Positions 40,701 to 49,200 of a DNA stretch of 64,000 nucleotides are shown here, piece by piece. This stretch comes from a virus (Duplodnaviria > Caudoviricetes): positions 826-64,825 of the IMG/VR virus record IMGVR_UViG_3300008266_000277; one strand, 5' to 3'. The position numbers and the translations under genes are program-made. Positions within the stretch are counted from its first letter, which is position 1. The number at the start of each line of letters is the position of its first letter. The notes beneath the pieces are model-generated. The model saw only the letters and a program-made list of their open reading frames with translations. It was not told the origin of the DNA and searched no databases.

Positions 40701-41109
40701 GACCACCACACTTTTCAGGATCTATACAATTCTTAAATGATTCAGCACGTTGGATTTGATTGTTGTAGTTCTTTGTCCACAACATATCTTTTACAATGTT
40801 TTGATTTTGATACATTGAGTTAAACAGATTAGCCGCTTGATTTACATTTTGTTCTAATGATAAATCAACGTTAGCTAATTTCTTTATCTCATAATCAATA
40901 GACTTAAAAAACTCATCTCTTGCTTGAATATTAGAATCTCTAGACATTGGAGAGTTAAGAAGTGAACCATATAAGTCACTGATTTTCTTACGATTAGAAT
41001 CATATTGGGTCTGCTTCATTTGAAGAGCCCCAGCAAACAATTGTAAGTTTGGCTGAAAAGGTTGAACTGATGGTAAATATGTAGGTTGACCTGATAAGTA
41101 CGTTGCCAT
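37771..41109 (-). CDS. Virion core/cargo protein (1112 aa)
   Basis: Long helical ORF starting MATYLSGQ..PFQP, between the cargo genes and the ejection genes; TAATG coupling to the next gene. Confidence 0.6.
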   Translation of the reverse strand: MATYLSGQPTYLPSVQPFQPNLQLFAGALQMKQTQYDSNRKKISDLYGSLLNSPMSRDSNIQARDEFFKSIDYEIKKLANVDLSLEQNVNQAANLFNSMYQNQNIVKDMLWTKNYNNQIQRAESFKNCIDPEKCGGQYWEGGVQALEWKRDEFRRASDQDAMMMGDVNYTPYVNVQDMAAKMFKDMDWDVKVDTIDGNWIVTTKNGENIMGNLLVHFQKTLGEDPRIQEYYKTKAYLERKNWAASNAAQYGSLEAAEQQYINQTTQMINESLAKAKENAEHKKNTNKKIAEDLKENIDKGDVKYDQEMQKVLDDLYAGADDAEHSENQIGNAVGSVNNSISSRTLSLQGDAVDSALAMTFLDQDLGVAAQIMAFKNYERTLKENPVAMAYQEHLWRMEEAAAGEKATEKDENDEVSNFLDDYITGQVRQTIDTDPLAAYKQVAKDTKEEIRKAKTPTTEVLLRTFNVAQQQAIDGGNGSAQAGKDIIAIVDQTIRSYANQSKYSQDSSKYNYAQKLLKKWNSKSEAEKLGWAKTWNMDEFSQKLTYDASHKVFSVAEKFYENNSYNKANRTYLSTLSGEIGDYIAEAKQGQINVTEWRKTMKSMSTAVQNKMKTVGGSATSPYYEYLTNSMGEERSEKSFAFTAARGILMKRGSNVVERFLKGSDDPATRNTAETLKRQAIERYNKMSPERQNQVGGKDKYVYDELYRYAINDKASNPDAGTVKIIENGKPKFITISEFFTADGLVRSKYGAYKDKWTPGESSEFWTNYSYARKLYTGEIDTEGNETGLGKQPLIDDIANAIWGGFKGGVAGAVSEIIEGRAGERAELEAAKKKKDSPFLNDYRREFPSAIDELKKNGQLKGFGSYVEKDLIGFVDYANPKSKTVIGEVTFLKDAFDNEGTGNAFFAFGDPSGKALPTSSDPQARKMVRDLLSLAKKYGDKEGRPTWVGSYNGIGGGKEDWQMYTISLSDPKFASLFGKSPIEGVVGRYPGILPSEGGVDSGTITIYLKDDVATNELYKATKRSSLEKRLDYTDKQDFKFGYGLDALHKLRIERKGAGYVVRGSIADKINEDGSYNFKSFYKDYSQSGYSPDEIQNIYLQGLVQTQYMLNQE

Positions 41110-41164
41110 AATCTTATTTGTTTACTTCAAAAATAATATAAGTTTATTAAACATATAATATTTA

Positions 41165-43783
41165 TTAACCTTGTGAAACTTGTGGTAAGTTGTTCAAATA
41201 ATTACTATTATCCTGAATACCTGCATCAGCTTTAGCATAGGCCAATGCTTCAGCGTAAGTCATTCCAGGATTAAGAGATTGAATCTCTATTGCATTATCT
41301 GTAACGCTTTTTGTTGATCCTTGTGTAGGAGTAATATCTCCTGACGATGTAAATCCTGCATAATCCATAGAGAATGGATCTAATCTATAGTTAGGATACA
41401 TCATATTAAGTGCTTGGATATCCATTTCAGCTTGTTCACCTGCAGCAAATGCTTTAGATACTTCTGCTCTAGCAGCTGACTTACGTGCTTGCATATTATC
41501 CTTAAGCTGAGCCCAACGATCATGAAGTGTAGTAGCAACATTAGCAAAGTTTTGGAACATAGTCTGAATACGATTAGCTCTATCTCTTTCTACACCATTT
41601 AGAATCTCTTGATTAGCATTATGTATCTGAGCTGTATACTGAGCCATTTGATCAGCACCTGCTAACTGCGTCATTGCAGCCATAGCCTGTGGACCCATTC
41701 CCATAGACATCATTTGTTCACCTGCTGCCATAGCCATACCTCTATAGTTACGTTGCATGTCTTCAGGAGAAAGTAAGTATGCTCTAGGAAGATAAGTTGC
41801 TGGAGCAGCTACAAAAGGTTCTTGTGGTTGATCACCATACAGTTCTTTAGTAGTACGATATAACTCATATATATTAGGAGCAGTCCATCCTTTAGGAATG
41901 TCACCTGATACATAGTCAGGTCTTTTTTGTGGAGTCATTGTTTCTTCACCAGGAGCTAAATCTCCTTCAGCTAACTCCATTGGATCATCTACGAAGGCAA
42001 TCTGACCAGTAGTAGTATTTGTATACTTACCATCAATCTTAGAGATCTTACCTGGCCCACCACCTACTCCTGTATTATCTGCAGGATCAGATGCACCAAC
42101 TTGACGAATCTGAAAATCTCCAATTGCGCTAGTAAGATCTTTATCAAGCTTACCTGCATTTCTATCCTCAATCAGACTAGCATAACCATAGTATAATGCT
42201 TGCTGAAGTTTAGCCTCTTCATCTGTAGGAGCTTTAACTCCAATCTTTTCCCAGGTTTCTAAGAAATCTTTATTAGTAGATGATCCTGGATCAGCTGCAT
42301 CCTGATGCTCAGGAATCTTTTTAATGTTTCCTTTATTCTGATGAGCAAGAGTAGCTAAGTTACGCTTCTGCATATCTAGGAACATTTGATATGCAAATTC
42401 AGGATCGTTTTCAATTTTCTTTTTAAGACGTTCTGCTTCAGCACTTGTTATTCCAGAACTTCTTTTAGAAGTATCTCCTAATGCTTCAACTGCTCTTCTA
42501 GCAAGTTCTGCTTTTATTTTTGGATCATTGAACTTATCTTTGATATACTGAAACTTACGAGCAATAGCTTGATCACCAGCAAAGATCGTGTTCAAATCCT
42601 CACCAGTATAATCAGCACCTTTAGGTTTCTTAGTTACTAATCGATAAGTACCATCATCATTTTTAATAACAAGAGGTTTACCAGCAGCTACTCTATATGC
42701 AGCTTCTTTGTCAGCTTCATATTCTTTACGTGAAAGGACAACTGCGTTACTAGGTACTTGAGGTCTTGTAAGTTTTACAGATTGATCTCCTTGAAAGTTA
42801 ACTGTACCTACAACTACACCTTGAGCATTTACAATCTCATACTTTTGTGTAGATGCATTATAAACTACTCGTTCTCCTGGTTTCAGTTTAGATCCTGCAA
42901 CTCCTCCAGCATCTTGATATTTACGAACTCCTCCACCATCTTGATATTTACGAACTGCACCGCCATTTTTCATTTTAACAAGACCACCTTTTTGTTGCAT
43001 AGGCATTGGCGGCATACCTTGAGGCATTCCTTGCTCCATAGCTTCTGGAGGCATACCTTCCATACCCATACCCATATCCATTCCTGGCATAGGTTGCTGC
43101 TGTTGTACAGGAGCTTTGATAGCTTCTAAGAATGGCTCTATAGCATCTTCTATATTGATACCTGTTTTTTCAAGATAAGGCATACCTACTGTTGGAATAT
43201 CAACGTTACCTTCGTCATCTGTAAATCCTTTAGCAGACTCTTGTAACAAAGCTATCATACCTAACTTATCTGTCTTATTCTTTATGTTCATCTCAGCAGT
43301 TTCACGTGTGATCTTATCTGAATCTGGATCTAAAAGAAGTCTGATGTCATCATTAAGCATGTAAGGTTTGGAAAGCTCAGCATATGTATATCCTGATTTC
43401 TTTGCTGCTTTACCAAGCATCTCATGAATCTTAGTATTTTTTTCTTTAAGGTGATCAGAGAAAATAAAACTTCCTTCAGGTACATCAAGTGGCGTTCCTC
43501 CTTTTGAGTGCTTCTTACCACCAATGACATATGTTTTAGGAAGAGTATTAGTCCATGCATCGTCACCCATAGGAGTAAGGATGGTTTCTCCTTTCTCTGC
43601 TTCTATGTTAGCAAGATCACGCGGTACAGGCCCAAGGTTTTTCTTTACCTCAAGATTAGGTTCCATACCTTCCTTGAAGGTAACAGGAAATTGAAAAGCA
43701 TTATTAGTAAGCTTTTTCTTTGTAAACAACCCTTGCTGTGCTTTTTGCAAAGGTGCTTTCTTTATAACTACTCTACGTTTCAT
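41165..43783 (-). CDS. Putative cargo protein with EAEKGE..GKKHSKGG..IFSD domain and GG-motif cluster (872 aa)
   Basis: N-terminal globular motif, Met/Pro/Gln-rich linker, QQKGG-MKNGG-YQDGG-YQDAGG cluster, helical C-terminus. Confidence 0.6.
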   Translation of the reverse strand: MKRRVVIKKAPLQKAQQGLFTKKKLTNNAFQFPVTFKEGMEPNLEVKKNLGPVPRDLANIEAEKGETILTPMGDDAWTNTLPKTYVIGGKKHSKGGTPLDVPEGSFIFSDHLKEKNTKIHEMLGKAAKKSGYTYAELSKPYMLNDDIRLLLDPDSDKITRETAEMNIKNKTDKLGMIALLQESAKGFTDDEGNVDIPTVGMPYLEKTGINIEDAIEPFLEAIKAPVQQQQPMPGMDMGMGMEGMPPEAMEQGMPQGMPPMPMQQKGGLVKMKNGGAVRKYQDGGGVRKYQDAGGVAGSKLKPGERVVYNASTQKYEIVNAQGVVVGTVNFQGDQSVKLTRPQVPSNAVVLSRKEYEADKEAAYRVAAGKPLVIKNDDGTYRLVTKKPKGADYTGEDLNTIFAGDQAIARKFQYIKDKFNDPKIKAELARRAVEALGDTSKRSSGITSAEAERLKKKIENDPEFAYQMFLDMQKRNLATLAHQNKGNIKKIPEHQDAADPGSSTNKDFLETWEKIGVKAPTDEEAKLQQALYYGYASLIEDRNAGKLDKDLTSAIGDFQIRQVGASDPADNTGVGGGPGKISKIDGKYTNTTTGQIAFVDDPMELAEGDLAPGEETMTPQKRPDYVSGDIPKGWTAPNIYELYRTTKELYGDQPQEPFVAAPATYLPRAYLLSPEDMQRNYRGMAMAAGEQMMSMGMGPQAMAAMTQLAGADQMAQYTAQIHNANQEILNGVERDRANRIQTMFQNFANVATTLHDRWAQLKDNMQARKSAARAEVSKAFAAGEQAEMDIQALNMMYPNYRLDPFSMDYAGFTSSGDITPTQGSTKSVTDNAIEIQSLNPGMTYAEALAYAKADAGIQDNSNYLNNLPQVSQG
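42901..42954. repeat. 27-bp tandem duplication encoding VRKYQD(G/A)GG twice
   Basis: ctcctccagcatcttgatatttacgaa / ctcctccaccatcttgatatttacgaa, 1 mismatch. Confidence 0.9.
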
Positions 43784-43785
43784 AA

Positions 43786-46197
43786 TTAAAAGTATTGTAT
43801 TTCCCCTCCGCGATTAATGATGTCATCAATCTCATCATCAGTAAGTTCATATGATCCACCGACTTGATAACTCCCTCCATATTTTTTTTGAACAGCAGAT
43901 CCAAATGTTGGAGGAGTAATACCAAATTTTTGAAGTGCAGATGCAAATATATCAGCACTATGATGAGGATATTGACTATGACCTTCATTAATAAGTCGAA
44001 CTACATCTTGCACTGTTGCTTGGTCATTATAATCTACATTAAGACAATCTAGACATAGATTAAAGCTGCCATCAGGATTTTGCATTTCTGGATCTTCTTT
44101 CCACATATCTGGATTATCTAAGAAATATTGCTTTTCTTTTAATGCATTATTGTAGAATTCACTAGGAGTTACGCTACCACCTGGTTGATACATGCCTCCA
44201 TATTTACCCATAGGTTGATATGGCATTTGACCAGATAACTCATAGCCAGGTATGTTTTGATAAAGAGCATCACCATAATTTGCAGTAAGTCCAAATCTAT
44301 TTTCTTTACCTGTTAAAGTAGCAAGACCTTTTGTACCCATAGACATATTACCCATTGGTATAGATCCAACATATGCATCAGGAGTATATATTCTGTTTTC
44401 CATTTGATTGAGATCTCTCTGTTCTAGTAATGATGATACCATATCCATAGTAGGAGAGATGGCTTGCCCAACTGTTCCCCAATCAGGAGTATACTTTTCT
44501 TTAATAACCATTTTACCAGCACGTGCTTTAGGCATACCACCGTATTCAAAACCAGGTATAACAGGTATATTAGGAACTACAATAGGACCTTCTTCATTTC
44601 CTGAACTAATAGGCATTCTATCTGTATAATTACCTGTTTGTCCTTTAGTCATCATATTCATGATGTTTTGACCTGTATTACTAGAGTAAGGCCCATAACT
44701 TTTACCAGATGAAGTATTAGAACTGCTAACGTCTGCAGAATTGTCATCTCCTGCTCTACGCTGATCTCTATTATACTTCATAACATCAAACTTAGACCTA
44801 ATTCTACCCATTAGATTACCACGGTCAGATGTTCCTATTGTTGCTGTTTCTTCTTCACCTTCTACTACTTCTTTTTGAACTGGTCTACCATTTTCATCAT
44901 AATCCCATTTAAGAACTACTTTAGCACCAAAGGGTCCTGCCTTACCTTTTGCTGTTTTTAAGAAAACATTATCTGGTTGAAATTCACTAAGTGCAGTGCC
45001 AAACTTTTTAATTAATTCAGGGTTAGATGCAAGATTCATTAAGTTACCCTGAAACATCATATTTCTTGAACCAGGTTGAAACATTGAAGCTACATCATAC
45101 TGATTAGCTTGACCTTGCTGTTGTGCTTTTTGTATATCATAAATAGATGTTACAGGAACACCATTTTGAAAATAGAATCCTCCATGCCATCCGTTAATCC
45201 CTCCTGAACCTGATGGTTGACTATTTGATTGTTGATTATTAGGATTCTCACTTGGAAAAGATAATTGAGTAAGATCTATATTTGGATTTTGTTCTTTTAG
45301 AGATATGTAGTATTCTGAATCTTGAGAAGATACTTTTTTCTCATTACCCCATTGATCTCGAATAACTGTATCACGTACACTCCCTGCATTTTCATACGAT
45401 TGCATTCCTCCATATCTTTGAGATGGAACATCAGTAGATACTTGCGCAGGGTTGTTTCTAAAGATATCACCTCTACGTTTTACTTTAATCTTACCTGAAG
45501 GAGAGAAAGACATGTTACCAACAGCAGAACTAAATCTATCCCATGCATCTCCTACTCTGTCTTCAATATTTGTCATTGCATTATAGAATGGATTATCTTC
45601 TACATTTGCATATCCCATTCCTTGGTTATTAAATGCATTAGTATATCCACCGTAGTCATAGGTTGGAGTTTCAGCCATCATGTTTGATGCATAACCCATC
45701 ATATCATTTGCTTCAGATAACTTTTGCTCTGTTACCTGATTAACAAGATCACGAGCCATATTAGCACCAATAGCATCTTTAACAATTTGATTACGTTGAT
45801 CTACTAAACTAGAAGATGTCACGTTGGTATTAGCTCCACCAATTTTTTTATAAAGTAATTTCTTTTTAGATTTTATGTCACCGCCATTCTTTGCTATTGG
45901 ATTAGCTGCCATTGTATTATTTAATTCTTGCTGCATCTGTGCAATAGCTTGAGCTTGTTGATCAGGTTCCATTTGCATGATCTGAGTATATAACTGCTGT
46001 AGCTGTTCTTCGTTCATACCTACAGCCTGAGCATACATTTGCAGAACTTCAGTAAGATCTTGAGATATATCTTGAGCTTGTTGCATAGGAGCCATTGGGC
46101 CTTGTCCAACTGGACCACCTACCTCAAATATATAGTTTGCAAAGTGATCTGTATTTACTTGAGGAGCTATAACTCTTACTCTTTTTTTCTGTGACAT
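43786..46197 (-). CDS. Putative cargo protein, low complexity, many xxxGG motifs (803 aa)
   Basis: FEVGG, AKNGG, KKIGG, YDYGG, QRYGG, FEYGG, GKYGG, YQPGG, KKYGG, YQVGG; C-terminal LTDDEI module. Confidence 0.6.
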   Translation of the reverse strand: MSQKKRVRVIAPQVNTDHFANYIFEVGGPVGQGPMAPMQQAQDISQDLTEVLQMYAQAVGMNEEQLQQLYTQIMQMEPDQQAQAIAQMQQELNNTMAANPIAKNGGDIKSKKKLLYKKIGGANTNVTSSSLVDQRNQIVKDAIGANMARDLVNQVTEQKLSEANDMMGYASNMMAETPTYDYGGYTNAFNNQGMGYANVEDNPFYNAMTNIEDRVGDAWDRFSSAVGNMSFSPSGKIKVKRRGDIFRNNPAQVSTDVPSQRYGGMQSYENAGSVRDTVIRDQWGNEKKVSSQDSEYYISLKEQNPNIDLTQLSFPSENPNNQQSNSQPSGSGGINGWHGGFYFQNGVPVTSIYDIQKAQQQGQANQYDVASMFQPGSRNMMFQGNLMNLASNPELIKKFGTALSEFQPDNVFLKTAKGKAGPFGAKVVLKWDYDENGRPVQKEVVEGEEETATIGTSDRGNLMGRIRSKFDVMKYNRDQRRAGDDNSADVSSSNTSSGKSYGPYSSNTGQNIMNMMTKGQTGNYTDRMPISSGNEEGPIVVPNIPVIPGFEYGGMPKARAGKMVIKEKYTPDWGTVGQAISPTMDMVSSLLEQRDLNQMENRIYTPDAYVGSIPMGNMSMGTKGLATLTGKENRFGLTANYGDALYQNIPGYELSGQMPYQPMGKYGGMYQPGGSVTPSEFYNNALKEKQYFLDNPDMWKEDPEMQNPDGSFNLCLDCLNVDYNDQATVQDVVRLINEGHSQYPHHSADIFASALQKFGITPPTFGSAVQKKYGGSYQVGGSYELTDDEIDDIINRGGEIQYF

Positions 46198-46215
46198 AAC
46201 TTACAGTATATAGTA

Positions 46216-46246
46216 TAATATAGTAAAAATAATATTTATTCCCTAA
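46216..46246 (-). promoter_or_regulatory. Putative late promoter TTAG-N20-TATATTA
   Basis: Intergenic; same spacing as the sites at 58059-58089 and 60378-60408. Confidence 0.55.
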
Positions 46247-46257
46247 ATATAGGATAT

Positions 46258-49200
46258 TTATTCGTTGCCAGGTTCCTCTATGACTACGTATCCAGCATCG
46301 CGATACTTTTGTATTTCATCATCAGACATATATCTAACAGATCCACCTTTTTGTTTATTTGTATTAATGATGTTGTAATAATTCATATAACGTTTTACAT
46401 TTTCATTTTCACCTCTTGCTGCTTTTTCGTAATCATTAGTTGTTAAAGCAGATGGTATATTCCATTGATAATAAGCAAGTTCTGCATCTGTAAGATCTTT
46501 ACTTACATTTGGGTTTATACTAGCATTTTCTTTTGCAGTTTTCAAATTACTATTTGTTAAACCTATAGTAACAATAGCTTGATGTTTAGAATTCCATGGA
46601 TCATATGTATCTTCAGTAATGCCAAATTTTTCAAGTCTATTTACCAATCCAGGATCTCTCCATTCATCTTTATCTGTTTTAGCCCATACTGCAGCAGGAT
46701 TAATTTGAGTAATACCTTGTGATTCACCTAATCCCATTTTATCTGTAAGATATGTTGGTATACCATATCTAAATGTTCCCAAATCCTGACCTCCTTTTGT
46801 TTCAGCTAAAGCAGTGGCTGTAGCTATTTTGGAAAGTTCATTATATTCAGAATCTGTCAAATTAAATGCATCCATTACAGCTTGCTTATTGCTTTCTAGT
46901 TGATCTATAAATGGTTGCATTTCATTTATATCTGAAAGTAATCCAATACCTGGGATTTCGATATTAAGAGGCGTTACGTTTTGCCTTAACTTATTACCTT
47001 TCTTAAGATATTCATATGTCTGTTGAACATTCTGATTGGGAGCATATATATTGTTAATTGCATAATCTGAACTCATTAAAAGATTATCAGGATCTGTGAT
47101 CTTACGAACACCACCATAGTCATATATAATAGGTGTTCCATAATCATCATACCCTACTACTATTCCTGAGTGATGACTAGGTACATAACCTTTTTCTTCA
47201 TTATAAGACTGTCCTGGCATTTCTCTATCTTCATCATATCCTTCAAAACCACCTTGTATAATAGTTCCAATAGGAAGATTCATATCTCTAAAGTATTTAT
47301 CCTTTTCTGCATCAGTCATTCCTTGTAATTTATCATACAATTCATACTGATTATCTAAAGGTGCTGCATAGTATTGTTTAGCCTTATCTCCAAAAGCTCC
47401 TCGTAATTCCCAGCTATCAATAGATTCACCCCAGTTACGATAATTAGGATTTCCTTTTTTACCACTAGTAAGTCCTGCTTCTTCTTTTAATTCCCAAGAA
47501 CTTTTTAATCCAAGGTTAGGTGCAACGTATTTATCATAATATAAGAAAGCACTACCTAAACAATTACCATCTGTATCCCTTAAACATTGTACTGCTCTAT
47601 CACTTACTTGTTGTTTCTTTAGCTCTTCTTTGCTATAGTAGAAATCATTAATAGTAGTTGTAGGTTTTTCATATGCTTTAGTACTTCCACTTTCTAATCC
47701 TGCTAAAAGCGTTTTATAACGTTTACCAGTTGGATCTTTCATTTCCACATATTTCCAATCTGTATCTTTATTTTTAATTTGCATTTTACCATTAACCATC
47801 TTATAGTATGAACCTGGTCTACCCGCAAATGTATAAGGTTGATCTTCTATAAATGGTTTAAACTCATTTGCTTTAAAAAGATCTAATGGAGAGTTTGATG
47901 TTTGAAGTATATTGGTACCACCATTTTGAAACTTATTCTTATCATAAAACATATGAAGTTCTAATGCATTATTACCTGGATCAGTATTACCTCCATCTTG
48001 TTTGGTTTTTAAGTACTTATAGATATCTTTTGCTGCTCTCCTCATTTCAGGAGAGTTAGTACTCCTTTCTATTTTATATCCTTCATCAGTGGTTCTTCTT
48101 CCCATACCTAATCTGGAAAGTTCAGAGCGTAATAAACCATCTATATAGTTTTTTTCAAATTGATCAAAAGCATTTGTACCAGAAGATTCAAGAGCGTTTA
48201 TAAAATCTGGATTTTGTTTTTCTTCTTCCCATGCCCACATTATATCTCCTCCTCTTTGATCAATAGCTGCTGTTCTGAACTTATCAATATAAGGTTCTAT
48301 ACCTTTATCATTTCTCAATAAATGAAGCATATCTAAAAATATATCTCCTTTATTAATACTAGAGTTTGGGTTATAAGGTATTACATAGTCACCTGGAAAA
48401 GGAGATTTATATGTATAGTCAGAAGTATAATCTATTTGATCTACATCTGGAAACATAACTTCAATATCCCCATAACCATGTTCACGTGCTTTAAAATTAG
48501 GATCTGCTATAATATGAAGGTTTTCTCCTTCTGTGCCTAAAGCCTTTTTAAACCCTGGATATCTATTTAATAGTTTTTGCTTAAGTCTATCTTTTTCTGT
48601 AAAACCTCCATCTTGAAAATGAGTAATCTGTTTATTTACATAACCACCAGTACGTTGAGTAGGAACTTCTTCTGCAGCATCTTCTGCTCGCCATTGCTGA
48701 ATTCTTTTATCATATGGAACATTAGAATAAATAGGATAAGTTTCTTTTCCTTTAGAATACATCTTAAGATTCTTATTTACTTCTTCATAGTCTGGACCTA
48801 TATAATAATATTTATACCTATTCTCGCCAAAATCGCTTTTGATTTTTGCTATAGAATACCCTTCAGGTGTTATTTCTTTTATGTATTGTTCAGGAGTAAA
48901 TGTTCCTTCATTTGTCTGAATAATACCTGTTTTTTCATTGTAATTGAACTTTACGGGTCCTTCTTGAAGTTTTAATTTATCAAGATCTATGGGATTTCCA
49001 AAACGATCAGTATAAGGTTGCATCCGATCAAAGTAACTCATTGGACTAGAAGTTGTTTGACCATTTTGTGCTGAAGGCATATCTTCTATAACATATCCTG
49101 CATCGCGATACATTTTAATTTGATCATCTGTCAAATCCATTATTGTACCTCCAGTAGCCATACCTTTAAGGAATTGTTTAGCAATTTCAGCTTTACGTTT

